Shown here: in pieces, positions 50,672 through 63,200 of the stretch
Position numbering within the stretch: position 1 is the first letter of the stretch
Layout: the number at the start of each line of letters is the position of its first letter
NCBI GenBank assembly: GCA_964016885.1
Contig: OZ024762.1
Span: 29,016,001-29,080,000, forward strand
Source: Eledone cirrhosa
Lineage: Eukaryota
Reading direction: 5' to 3'
DNA: 64,000 nucleotides
Translations under genes and position numbers: made by a program
The notes under the pieces: model-generated
The model's input: only the letters and a program-made list of their open reading frames with translations
Told to the model about the DNA's origin: nothing
Database searches by the model: none

Positions 50672-53600
50672 ATGGCTGATATAAGAGTTGGGTGTCTGAA
50701 TGTACGTGGCCTGGGACTGTCTTGGAAACAAGGCAAACTTTTAAACGATCTCAGGTCGCATAGAATGGATGTAATGGCTATTTGCGAGTCCAGGATCAGC
50801 AGCGAGCACCAACTGGCGCCCCTCTTCGACGACTTTGAGATCTTCGCATCTCTCTGTCAACCGGGGGGTGGGGGTGGAGTTGTCGTTCTGCTGCGAAAAC
50901 ACCTGGGCCTCGCCATACAGAAGGTGCACCTGGACCCGGAGGGTCGACTGGTGGTTTTAGACGTCGGCAGTAGTGAAAGTGGAGCCCTTAGACTAATAGC
51001 TGTGTACGCCCCTTTTTGGGCAGCGCGGCCGGAATACTTCCAACGTCTGGAAACTTTTCTGGGAACGTCCCGCTCCTTGCTTTTAGTGGGGGACTGGAAT
51101 GGTATCCTGGATGCACGTTGGGACTATGTAGGGGCATGTGCCAATAGAGGGGGGTGTAAAAGCCTCAAAAGGTTAATCGGCCGATTTGACCTGGCCGATA
51201 GATATCGACTAGATTTTCCGACTGTACCACTATGGACGTGGACCAATCGCAGTGGAACATCTAGGTCGTACCTAGATAGGGTCCTAGTTAGAGAGAACGA
51301 TAGGGACACATTTAGCTGTCCAAAAATGTTCATGGTTGACTATTCGGATCACAAGTTAGTGACCTGCATAGCCAACCTTGATAGAACCCATAGACAGGGA
51401 CCCGGTTACTGGAAGCTGAACTTGTCCTTACCGAGAAGCAAAGCTTACAGTAAACGGATTAGCACGTTAGTTAAGCAGAGTTTGACAGGGGCAATTGTCA
51501 ACAACAGGTGGTGGAGCTCTCTTAAGAGAGCAATTAGAATAGAATCGATAGGTTTTAGTCAGGAATTAGCAAGGGATAGGAACAAGACGGAAAGGGAATT
51601 AGTAGATAGAGTAGAAGAGGCGATTAGGAGTGGCAATGTAGCCGGCGTGCTGGCATCAAGAATGGCCTTAGACCAGTTCTTTGAGGTGAAGCATGAAGGC
51701 TGCGTTGTCAGGAGTAAAATACGTGCTCTGGGTAATGAGGGAGCCAAAGCTGTGAGCTGGGCCCGAGTGACAGAGGCAAAAAGTGGGAACAAGTCCACGA
51801 TTCGGTCTTTGAAGGACCAGGATGGGCGTGTGATCCTTGAACCTGGGCAGATGTGTGCGGCCTTTCAGCGGCACTTTGCACGACTGTTCGAGAGGGGCGG
51901 CGCGCCGGGTGAGACTATGGATTTCAATCCATACCTCGACGGTCTGCCGCGCCTCTCGGACGCGGAGGCGAAGTCCTGCGAAAGGACGATTTCAGCTGCT
52001 GAGATAGGGGCGGCGCTGAGCCAATGCGGCAAACGCAAATCCCCGGGTCTCGATGGTCTACCATACGAGCTATATGTAGCGATGCCGGACTTGTTCTCCG
52101 ATATCCTCGAAGCGGTCTACTGCAACTGGCAGCAGAACGGGAGAATTCCCAGTTCTGTGACCAAGGGCGTAGTTACGCTGGTGAGGAAGGATGAGAACAA
52201 GGGGGATGACATAAGTAACTTCAGGCCCATAACTCTGCTAAATACAGAGTTAAAGATTTTGGCCAAGGTGTTAGCGAAGAGGTTGGCGCTTGTCGTTGGA
52301 AACCTGGTGGGAGAAGCGCAGACATGCGCAATCCCGTCCAGGTCCATTCACGACAATCTCCACCTTATGCGATACATCATAGAGAGGGTAGGGAATGAAC
52401 CCGGCTTTGGTGGGGCCCTGATCAACTTGGATCAATCTAAAGCTTTCGATAGGGTTGACCATCGTTACCTGGATGCGGTGCTCGCGGCGGCAGGCTTCGG
52501 ACCCGTTTTCAGGGGTTGGATTGCTGCGATGCACAGCAGCAACGTCTGCTCAAGGGTCAAGGTGAACGGCCACCTCTCGGAGCCGTTCCAAATCATGCGA
52601 TCCATCCGACAGGGATGCCCTCTCTCCTCCCTACTGTATGTGCTGGCTCTTGAGCCACTACTGCGGAAGTTGGAGCGGTTGCAGGGCATCCCTTTGGAAC
52701 CGGGATTGCAGAAAGCGGCGTCGGCCTACGCCGATGACGTGACAGTAATGGTGTCGAAAACCTCGCAAATCGGTGAGATCGGCACCTTACTGGAGGAATA
52801 TGAAAGGTTTACAGGAGCCAAGCTGAACCGGGACAAGTCCGTCGGTTTGCAACTCGGAACATGGAGAGGCAAACTGATGCCCTCCAACGACGTCATCGGA
52901 CGCTGGACGGAGGGCCCGGTGAAGCTGCTTGGGGTCTGGTTCGGACCAGACCTCCAGGTGGAGAAAAACTGGAACGAGGTAACGGCCAGGGTGTTTGCAC
53001 TCACCCAGAAGTGGGCCCAGTGCAAACTATCCCTGAAAGGTCGAGCGGAGGTGGCGAATACTTATATAGCATCCGTCATCTACTACCGCTTGACCGTCGT
53101 GCCTTGCCCAGTGAAAAGACTCGCCAAAATGGAGTGCGCGCTGTTCCAATTTCTTTGGAACAAGCGGACCCCTTTGGTGAGGAGATCCATCTGCTGTCAA
53201 CACCCTTCGAAAGGAGGGCTGGGGATGCCGTGGCTACAGATGCGTAAACACGCATTAAGGCTACGGCACCTCCAGGTATTCCTCACCGGTCAACCGGTGT
53301 GGGCCCCGTTTGTGAGGCGAGCCTTTCCCAGACTCGTCTCGCTCACCGAGCTGCAATCCTGGGTCAAGCAAAGACCGAGAAAAGTGGGCGACTGGCACAT
53401 TGAATGTGCCCAGGCGCTCACGGCCCTCTGGAAAGCGGACCCGGCAATCAGTGGAGACTCCACCTCGACATTCTATAGAGGGTTGGTACGCAGCAGGTGC
53501 GACGATGCTCTCGGAGAAGCTCTAGGCATGGAGGAAGATGAACTGGCCAGTCTGTTCGGTAGGACGTTTGGCCCTGGACCGATGGACAACTTCCAAAAGT

Positions 53601-54109
53601 CCCTGGCTTGGCAGTGCTACCGAGGGGCTCTACCCGTTCGAGACAAGCTCCACAGGCATGGGAGCCTGGGTAGAGATCCTTTGAATAAGATCTGTCCGAG
53701 ATGCGTGCATGATGACGAAACCGTTGCGCACGCATTCGTACACTGCCCAGGCATTGCTGACCTGTGGGGCTATGTGGAACGACTACTGTCGAGGGTGGGA
53801 CCAATCCGGTTGACCACCGAGTCCATTGTCACGATCAAACCGCCTCCCCCTTTCAAAAACGAAGGAGAGGCGGTTTTTCTCTGTGTGGTAGCCATGGCTA
53901 AAGAAGTTGTATGGTGGACGAGGCTGAAAGGGCTGAGGTCAGACACCTTTCTCTCCGGCCAACAACTGGTCCCCTTTTTCAAATACCATTTTAAAAGAAG
54001 GATCAGAATGGAGAGAGAGGTGCTCTACCCCAGCAAGTTTTATGAAAGGTGGGTGAAAGTAGGGAGAATGGCCAGAGTGAATGGGTCTTCTCTCTATATC
54101 AGCCTGTAG
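50672..54109 (+). CDS. Tx1 ORF2 (1145 aa; APE, RT, zinc finger)
   Basis: Full motif set as in copy 1, and it retains WTEGPVKLLGVWF. Confidence 0.95.
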   Translation: MADIRVGCLNVRGLGLSWKQGKLLNDLRSHRMDVMAICESRISSEHQLAPLFDDFEIFASLCQPGGGGGVVVLLRKHLGLAIQKVHLDPEGRLVVLDVGSSESGALRLIAVYAPFWAARPEYFQRLETFLGTSRSLLLVGDWNGILDARWDYVGACANRGGCKSLKRLIGRFDLADRYRLDFPTVPLWTWTNRSGTSRSYLDRVLVRENDRDTFSCPKMFMVDYSDHKLVTCIANLDRTHRQGPGYWKLNLSLPRSKAYSKRISTLVKQSLTGAIVNNRWWSSLKRAIRIESIGFSQELARDRNKTERELVDRVEEAIRSGNVAGVLASRMALDQFFEVKHEGCVVRSKIRALGNEGAKAVSWARVTEAKSGNKSTIRSLKDQDGRVILEPGQMCAAFQRHFARLFERGGAPGETMDFNPYLDGLPRLSDAEAKSCERTISAAEIGAALSQCGKRKSPGLDGLPYELYVAMPDLFSDILEAVYCNWQQNGRIPSSVTKGVVTLVRKDENKGDDISNFRPITLLNTELKILAKVLAKRLALVVGNLVGEAQTCAIPSRSIHDNLHLMRYIIERVGNEPGFGGALINLDQSKAFDRVDHRYLDAVLAAAGFGPVFRGWIAAMHSSNVCSRVKVNGHLSEPFQIMRSIRQGCPLSSLLYVLALEPLLRKLERLQGIPLEPGLQKAASAYADDVTVMVSKTSQIGEIGTLLEEYERFTGAKLNRDKSVGLQLGTWRGKLMPSNDVIGRWTEGPVKLLGVWFGPDLQVEKNWNEVTARVFALTQKWAQCKLSLKGRAEVANTYIASVIYYRLTVVPCPVKRLAKMECALFQFLWNKRTPLVRRSICCQHPSKGGLGMPWLQMRKHALRLRHLQVFLTGQPVWAPFVRRAFPRLVSLTELQSWVKQRPRKVGDWHIECAQALTALWKADPAISGDSTSTFYRGLVRSRCDDALGEALGMEEDELASLFGRTFGPGPMDNFQKSLAWQCYRGALPVRDKLHRHGSLGRDPLNKICPRCVHDDETVAHAFVHCPGIADLWGYVERLLSRVGPIRLTTESIVTIKPPPPFKNEGEAVFLCVVAMAKEVVWWTRLKGLRSDTFLSGQQLVPFFKYHFKRRIRMEREVLYPSKFYERWVKVGRMARVNGSSLYISL

Positions 54110-54570
54110 GTGAAAGAAGAGGAAAAAGCGGAGACGAGGGAAGCACCTACTCTTTGTGCTCCTGAGGAGAAGGGTTACACATTTTTTCCGGTGTGTGTGC
54201 GACCCATGTTAATGCCCCCTCCCTATTGAGGACTTCGTTTGTTGTTGTTATTTCATTGTTATATTTTTGTACTCGTTAATTATATGTAAACTTCCCCCCT
54301 TGTATCTGTCCCTACCTTTTGTGCCCTAGTGGCAAATAAAGAAACCACTCTATATATACTATTATATTTTCACAGTAAAGACTTTACTTCACATAATATC
54401 TCACATAATATCGAATCTATGAGATTTTGATATTATTTATTTTGAGAACAATACCATAACATAAGTATGAATGACCAGTAACGGTCGATTTGAACAGAAA
54501 GAGGAGATAGAATTCTAGCCGGATACGGCCGGTTTAAATGCTAAAGGGTTAACTGATTTGTTTATTAATT

Positions 54571-55053
54571 ACACTGGTCAAAAAAATGTTGCTTTTTTCT
54601 GCTGACCTAAGTTTGAGATGTGTTCTTGAGTAATTAGGGACCCCTGAGTTTACAAATGACAACACTTTTTCCTATCATGTCAAGTTTTTTTTTTTAAATC
54701 TCTGGGCTGGTCGATATTGGCCCCACCCATAGCTTCAACAGATAGGACTCCGCTCATGACACGTATTGCTAACTTAGGTTTTGTTGTTGTTGTTCAACTA
54801 ATTTTGAGGTGCTGATGTCATATATGGCATCCCCTCCGCCCCACACCAGTCTGTCATTCTATAGCACATTCCTATGTTGTTATGTACTGTATGAATAATA
54901 TAATTTTGTTGACCAGGGGTAGCCATGTTTCCTGTGTTTATCGGATAAGTCAAACCTGAGAACTTGATGTGTTAGCAAACAATGGATGACATATTTGAAC
55001 TCAGCATCTCTAAATTAGCTTAAAACAACTGTAAAAGCTGTGTGGACCAGTGT
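54571..55053. mobile_element. Possible non-autonomous DNA transposon
   Basis: Short inverted termini ACACTGGTC / GACCAGTGT; family not identified. Confidence 0.35.
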
Positions 55054-55062
55054 TACTTATCG

Positions 55063-56960
55063 CAGAAACTGGTGCAGTAATACATCAACCCCAGTGCAGT
55101 AATACATCAACCCCAGTGCAGAAACTGGTGCAGTAATACATCAACCCCAGTGCAGTAATACATCAACCCCAGTGCAGAAACTGGTGCAGTAATACATCAA
55201 CCCCAGTGCAGTAACTGGTGCAGTAATACGTCAACCCCAGTGCAGTAATACATCAACCCCAGGGCAGAAACTGGTGCAGTAATACATCAACCCCAGTGCA
55301 GAAACTGGTGCAGTAATACATCAACCCAGTGCAGAAACTGGTGCAGTAATACATCAACCCCAGAGCAGAAACTGGTGCAGTAATACATCAACCCCAGTGC
55401 AGAAACTGGTGCAGTAATACATCAACCCCAGTGCAGTAATACATCAACCCCAGTGCAGTAATACACCAACCCCAGTGCATAAACTGGTGCAGTAATACAT
55501 CAACCCCAGTGCAGAAACTGGTGCAGTAATACATCAACCCCAGTGCAGTAATACATCAACCCCAGTGCAGTAATACATCAACCCCAGTGCAGTAATACAT
55601 CAACCCCAGTGCAGTAATACATCAACCCCAGTGCAGTAATACATCAACCCCAGTGCAGAAACTGGTGCAGTAATACATCAACCCCAGTGCAGAAACTGGT
55701 GCAGTAATACATCAACCCCAGTGCAGTAATACATCAACCCCAGTGCAGAAACTGGTGCAGTAATACATCAACCCCAGTGCAGAAACTGGTGCAGTAATAC
55801 ATCAACCCCAGTGCAGTAATACATCAACCCCAGTGCAGTAATACATCAACCCCAGTGCAGAAACTGGTGCAGTAATACATCAACCCCAGTGCAGTAACTG
55901 GTGCAGTAATACATCAACCCCAGTGCAGTAACTGGTGCAGTAATACATCAACCCCAGTGCAGAAACTGGTGCAGTAATACATCAACCCCAGTGCAGTAAT
56001 ACATCAACCCCAGTGCAGTAACTGGTGCAGTAATACATCAACCCCACTGCAGAAACTGGTGCAGTAATACATCAACCCCAGTGCAGAAACTGGTGCAGTA
56101 ATACATCAACCCCAGTGCAGTAATACATCAACCCCAGTGCAGAAACTGGTGCAGTAATACATCAACCCCAGTGCAGTAATACATCAACCCTAGTGCAGAA
56201 ACTGGTGCAGTAATACATCAACCCCAGTGCAGTAACTGGTGCAGTAATACATCAACCCCAGTGCAGTAACTGGTGCAGTAATACATCAACCCCAGTGCAG
56301 TAACTGGTGCAGTAATACATCAACCCCAGTGCAGTAATACATCAACCCCAGTGCAGAAACTGGTGCAGTAATACATCAACCCCAGTGCAGTAACTGGTGC
56401 AGTAATACATCAACCCCAGTGCAGTAATACATCAACCCCAGTGCAGAAACTGGTGCAGTAATACATCAACCCCAGTGCAGTAACTGGTGCAGTAATACAT
56501 CAACCCCAGTGCAGAAACTGGTGCAGTAATACATCAACCCCAGTGCAGAAACTGGTGCAGTAATACATCAACCCCAGTGCAGTAACTGGTGCAGTAATAC
56601 ATCAACCCCAGTGCAGTAATACATCAACCCCAGTGCAGTAATACATCAACCCCAGTGCAGAAACTGGTGCAGTAATACATCAACCCCAGTGCAGTAACTG
56701 GTGCAGTAATACATCAACCCCAGTGCAGTAATACATCAACCCCAGTGCAGTAATACATCAACCCCAGTGCAGAAACTGGTGCAGTAATACATCAACCCCA
56801 GTGCAGTAACTGGTGCAGTAATACATCAACCCCAGTGCAGTAACTGGTGCAGTAATACATCAACCCCAGTGCAGTAATACATCAACCCCAGTGCAGTAAT
56901 ACATCAACCCCAGTGCAGAAACTGGTGCAGTAATACATCAACCCCAGGGCAGAAACTACT
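55063..56960. repeat. Two-module minisatellite: 22-bp GTGCAGTAATACATCAACCCCA with or without 12-bp GTGCAG(A/T)AACTG
   Basis: Irregular alternation of 22- and 34-bp units. Confidence 0.95.
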
Positions 56961-57239
56961 GCATTTGTTGACCATAGCTAGGGATATAGGTGTAGAAACT
57001 ATACTCACTACCTTCAGTTCAGTATTTGTGCCAACCCTTACCTAGGGTCACACATCTTGGGTAATGTCCGAAAGAACTTGATCGTGAATGGCAGGGATCA
57101 AAGTAAGAGGCACTCAATGGCATTTCCAATTTATGAGAACCTGAAAGGCTTCGTCACAAGCTGTCCCTCTTTATCATGTTTTGGGTTTCTTTGATGTAAT
57201 TTTGCTGACCCTTGCTTTCTACGTAAATTATCTAAACGG

Positions 57240-60200
57240 CTAAAGTCTGTCTTAAACCAGAAGGATGTTAGGCCGGTAGTTATCCTGGTTTCATGGTGTG
57301 AAGTGACTGAGAGTACAAGACTTCCCCCTGGACAGGACACCAGTCCATCACAGGGTTATGTTAAGTCTAAAGTCTGTCTTAAACCAGAAGGATGTTAGGC
57401 CGGTAGTTATCCTGGTTTCATGGTGTGAAGTGACTGAGAGTACAAGACTTCCCCCTGGACAGGACACCAGTCCATCACAGGGTAATGTTAAGTCTAAAGT
57501 CTGTCTTAAGCGAGAAGAATGTTAGGCCAGTACGTATCCTGGTTTCATGGTGTGAAGTGACTGAGAGTACAAGACTTCCCCCTGGACAGGACACCAGTCC
57601 ATCACAGGGTTATGTTAAGTCTAAAGTCTGTCTTAAACCAGAAGGATGGTAGGCCGGTAGTTATCCTGGTTTCATGGTGTGAAGTGACTGAGAGTACAAG
57701 ACTTCCTCCTGGACAGGACACCAGTCCATCACAGGGTTATGTTAAGTCTAAAGTCTGTCTTAAGCCAGAAGGATGTTAGGCCGGTACTTATCCTGGTTTC
57801 ATGGTGTGAAGTGACTGAGAGTACAAGACTTCCCCCTGGACAGGACACCAGTCCATCACAGGGTTATGTTAAGTCTAAAGTCTGTCTTAAACCAGAAAGA
57901 TGTTAGGCCGGTACTTATCCTGGTTTCATGGTGTGAAGTGACTGAGAGTACAAGACTTCCCCCTGGACAGGACACCAGTCCATCACAGGGTTATGTTAAG
58001 TCTAAAGTCTGTCTTAAACCAGAAGGATGTTAGGCCGGTACTTATCCTGGTTTCATGGTGTGAAGTGACTGAGAGTACAAGACTTCCCCCCTGGACAGAA
58101 CACCAGTCCATCACAGGGTTATGTTAAGTCTAAAGTCTGTCTTAAGCCAGAAGGATGTTAGACCGGTAGTTATCCTGGTTTCATGGTGTGAAGTGACTGA
58201 GAGTACAAGACTTCTCCCTGGACAGGACACCAGTCCATCACAGGGTTATGTTAAGTCTAAAGTCTGTCTTAAACCAGAAGGATGTTAGGCCGGTAGTTAT
58301 CCTGGTTTCATGGTGTGAAGTGACTGAGAGTATAAGACTTCCCCCTGGACAGGACACCAGTCCATCACAGGATTATATTAAGTCTAAAGTCTGTCTTAAG
58401 CCAGAAGGATGTTTGGCCGGTACTTATCCTGGTTTCATGGTGTGAAGTGACTGAGAGTACAAGACTTCCCCCTGGACAGGACACCAGTCCATCACAGGGT
58501 TATGTTAAGTCTAAAGTCTGTCTTAAACCAGAAGGATGTTAGGCCGGTAGTTATCCTTGTTTCATGCTGTGAAGTGACTGAGAGTACAAGACTTCCCCCT
58601 GGACAGGACACCAGTCCATCACAGGGTTATATTAAATCTAAAGTCTGTCATAAGCCAGAAGGATGTTAGGCTGGTACTTATCCTGGTTTCATGGTGTGAA
58701 GTGACTGAGAGTACAAGACTTCCCCCTGGACAGGACACCACCCCATCACAGGGTTATGTTAAGTCTAAAGTCTGTCTTAAACCAGAAGGATGTTAGGCCG
58801 GTAGTTATCCTTGTTTCATGGTGTGAAGTGACTGAGAGTACAAGACTTCCCCCTGGACAGGACACCAGTCCATCACAGGGTTATATTAAGTCTAAAGTCT
58901 GTCTTAAGCCAGAAGGATGTTAGGCTGGTACTTATCCTGGTTTCATGGTGTGAAGTGACTGAGAGTACAAGACTTCCCCCTGGACAGGACACCAGTCCAT
59001 CACAGGGTTATATTAAGTCTAAAGTCTGTCTTAAGCCAGAAGGATGTTAGGCCGGTAGTTATCCTGGTTTCATGGTGTGAAGTGACTGAGAGTACAAGAC
59101 TTCCCCCTGGACAGGACACCAGTCCATCACAGGGTTATATTAAGTCTAAAGTCTGTCTTAAGCCAGAAGGATGTTAGGCCGATACTTATCCTGGTTTCAT
59201 GGTGTGAAGTGACTGAGAGTACAAGACTTCCCCCTGGACAGGACACCAGTCCATCACAGGGTTATATTAAGTCTAAAGTCTGTCTTAAGCCAGAAGGATG
59301 TTAGGCCGGTACTTATCCTGGTTTCATGGTGTGAAGTGACTGAGAGTACAAGACTTCCCCCTGGACAGGACACCAGTCCATCACAGGGTAATGTTAAGTC
59401 TAAAGTCTGTCTTAAGCCAGAAGGATGTTAGGCCGGTACTTATCCTGGTTTCATGGTGTGAAGTGACTGAGAGTACAAGACTTCCCCCTGGACAGGACAC
59501 CAGTCCATCACAGGGTTATGTTAAGTCTAAAGTCTGTCTTAAACCAGAAGGATGTTAGGCCGGTACTTATCCTGGTTTCATGGTGTGAAGTGACTGAGAG
59601 TACAAGACTTCCTCCTGGACAGGACACCAGTCCATCACAGGGTTATGTTAAGTCTAAAGTCTGTCTTAAACCAGAAGGATGTTAGGCCGGTACTTATCCT
59701 GGTTTCATGGTGTGAAGTGACTGAGAGTACAAGACTTCCTCCTGGACAGGACACCAGTCCATCACAGGGTTATGTTAAGTCTAAAGTCTGTCTTAAACCA
59801 GAAGGATGTTAGGCCGGTACTTATCCTGGTTTCATGGTGTGAAGTGACTGAGAGTACAAGACTTCCTCCTGGACAGGACACCAGTCCATCACAGGGTTAT
59901 GTTAAGTCTAAAGTCTGTCTTAAACCAGAAGGATGTTAGGCCGGTACTTATCCTGGTTTCATGGTGTGAAGTGACTGAGAGTACAAGACTTCCCCCCTGG
60001 ACAGGACACCAGTCCATCACAGGGTAATGTTAAGTCTAAAGTCTGTCTTAAACCAGAAGGATGTTAGGCCGGTAGTTATCCTGGTTTCATGGTGTGAAGT
60101 GACTGAGAGTACAAGACTCCCCCTGGACAGGACACCAGTACATCACAGGGTTATGTTAAGTCTAAACTCTGTCTTAAACCAGAAGGATGTTAAGCTGGTA

Positions 60201-63200
60201 GTTATCCTGGTTTCATGGTGTGAAGTGACTGAGAGTACAAGACTTCCCCCTGGACAGAACACCAGTCCATCACAGGGTTATGTTAAGTCTAAAGTCTGTC
60301 TTAAACCAGAAGGATGTTAGGCCGGTACTTATCCTGGTTTCATGGTGTGAAGTGACTGAGAGTACAAGACTTCCCCCCTGGACAGAACACCAGTCCATCA
60401 CAGGGTTATGTTAAGTCTAAAGTCTGTCTTAAGCCAGAAGGATGTTAGACCGGTAGTTATCCTGGTTTCATGGTGTGAAGTGACTGAGAGTACAAGACTT
60501 CTCCCTGGACAGGACACCAGTCCATCACAGGGTTATGTTAAGTCTAAAGTCTGTCTTAAACCAGAAGGATGTTAGGCCGGTAGTTATCCTGGTTTCATGG
60601 TGTGAAGTGACTGAGAGTATAAGACTTCCCCCTGGACAGGACACCAGTCCATCACAGGATTATATTAAGTCTAAAGTCTGTCTTAAGCCAGAAGGATGTT
60701 TGGCCGGTACTTATCCTGGTTTCATGGTGTGAAGTGACTGAGAGTACAAGACTTCCCCCTGGACAGGACACCAGTCCATCACAGGGTTATGTTAAGTCTA
60801 AAGTCTGTCTTAAACCAGAAGGATGTTAGGCCGGTAGTTATCCTTGTTTCATGCTGTGAAGTGACTGAGAGTACAAGACTTCCCCCTGGACAGGACACCA
60901 GTCCATCACAGGGTTATATTAAATCTAAAGTCTGTCATAAGCCAGAAGGATGTTAGGCTGGTACTTATCCTGGTTTCATGGTGTGAAGTGACTGAGAGTA
61001 CAAGACTTCCCCCTGGACAGGACACCACCCCATCACAGGGTTATGTTAAGTCTAAAGTCTGTCTTAAACCAGAAGGATGTTAGGCCGGTAGTTATCCTTG
61101 TTTCATGGTGTGAAGTGACTGAGAGTACAAGACTTCCCCCTGGACAGGACACCAGTCCATCACAGGGTTATATTAAATCTAAAGTCTGTCTTAAGCCAGA
61201 AGGATGTTAGGCTGGTACTTATCCTGGTTTCATGGTGTGAAGTGACTGAGAGTACAAGACTTCCCCCTGGACAGGACACCAGTCCATCACAGGGTTATAT
61301 TAAGTCTAAAGTCTGTCTTAAGCCAGAAGGATGTTAGGCCGGTACTTATCCTGGTTTCATGGTGTGAAGTGACTGAGAGTACAAGACTTCCCCCTGGACA
61401 GGACACCAGTCCATCACAGGGTTATATTAAGTCTAAAGTCTGTCTTAAGCCAGAAGGATGTTAGGCCGATACTTATCCTGGTTTCATGGTGTGAAGTGAC
61501 TGAGAGTACAAGACTTCCCCCTGGACAGGACACCAGTCCATCACAGGGTTATATTAAGTCTAAAGTCTGTCTTAAACCAGAAGGATGTTAGGCCGGTAGT
61601 TATCCTTGTTTCATGCTGTGAAGTGACTGAGAGTACAAGACTTCCCCCTGGACAGGACACCAGTCCATCACAGGGTTATATTAAATCTAAAGTCTGTCAT
61701 AAGCCAGAAGGATGTTAGGCCGGTAGTTATCCTGGTTTCATGGTGTGAAGTGACTGAGAGTACAAGACTTCCCCCTGGACAGGACACCAGTCCATCACAG
61801 GATTATATTAAGTCTAAAGTCTGTCTTAAGCCAGAAGGATGTTTGGCCGGTACTTATCCTGGTTTCATGGTGTGAAGTGACTGAGAGTACAAGACTTCCC
61901 CCTGGACAGGACACCAGTCCATCACAGGGTTATGTTAAGTCTAAAGTCTGTCTTAAACCAGAAGGATGTTAGGCCGGTAGTTATCCTTGTTTCATGCTGT
62001 GAAGTGACTGAGAGTACAAGACTTCCCCCTGGACAGGACACCAGTCCATCACAGGGTTATATTAAATCTAAAGTCTGTCATAAGCCAGAAGGATGTTAGG
62101 CTGGTACTTATCCTGGTTTCATGGTGTGAAGTGACTGAGAGTACAAGACTTCCCCCTGGACAGGACACCACCCCATCACAGGGTTATGTTAAGTCTAAAG
62201 TCTGTCTTAAACCAGAAGGATGTTAGGCCGGTAGTTATCCTTGTTTCATGGTGTGAAGTGACTGAGAGTACAAGACTTCCCCCTGGACAGGACACCAGTC
62301 CATCACAGGGTTATATTAAATCTAAAGTCTGTCTTAAGCCAGAAGGATGTTAGGCTGGTACTTATCCTGGTTTCATGGTGTGAAGTGACTGAGAGTACAA
62401 GACTTCCCCCTGGACAGGACACCAGTCCATCACAGGGTTATATTAAGTCTAAAGTCTGTCTTAAGCCAGAAGGATGTTAGGCCGGTACTTATCCTGGTTT
62501 CATGGTGTGAAGTGACTGAGAGTACAAGACTTCCCCCTGGACAGGACACCAGTCCATCACAGGGTTATATTAAGTCTAAAGTCTGTCTTAAGCCAGAAGG
62601 ATGTTAGGCCGATACTTATCCTGGTTTCATGGTGTGAAGTGACTGAGAGTACAAGACTTCCCCCTGGACAGGACACCAGTCCATCACAGGGTTATGTTAA
62701 GTCTAAAGTCTGTCTTAAACCAGAAGGATGTTAGGCCGGTAGTTATCCTGGTTTCATGGTGTGAAGTGACTGAGAGTATAAGACTTCCCCCTGGACAGGA
62801 CACCAGTCCATCACAGGATTATATTAAGTCTAAAGTCTGTCTTAAGCCAGAAGGATGTTTGGCCGGTACTTATCCTGGTTTCATGGTGTGAAGTGACTGA
62901 GAGTACAAGACTTCCCCCTGGACAGGACACCAGTCCATCACAGGGTTATGTTAAGTCTAAAGTCTGTCTTAAACCAGAAGGATGTTAGGCCGGTAGTTAT
63001 CCTTGTTTCATGCTGTGAAGTGACTGAGAGTACAAGACTTCCCCCTGGACAGGACACCAGTCCATCACAGGGTTATATTAAATCTAAAGTCTGTCATAAG
63101 CCAGAAGGATGTTAGGCTGGTACTTATCCTGGTTTCATGGTGTGAAGTGACTGAGAGTACAAGACTTCCCCCTGGACAGGACACCACCCCATCACAGGGT

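Larger units (their letters stand above)
48694..54346 (+). mobile_element. Full-length Tx1-clade retrotransposon, copy 2, both ORFs open
   Basis: Same 5' and 3' ends as copy 1; ORF1 and ORF2 are uninterrupted. Confidence 0.94.
42397..54552 (+). mobile_element. piggyBac-type MITE split by two tandem Tx1 retrotransposons
   Basis: Left end TTAA-CTCTTTAGCATTTACATT at 42397; the remainder resumes at 54347 and ends GCTAAAGGG-TTAA at 54552. Confidence 0.9.

Noticed and set aside
43019-53982. Many short antisense ORFs inside the Tx1 copies
   Set aside because: They are shadows of ORF1/ORF2 and recur only because the two copies are nearly identical.
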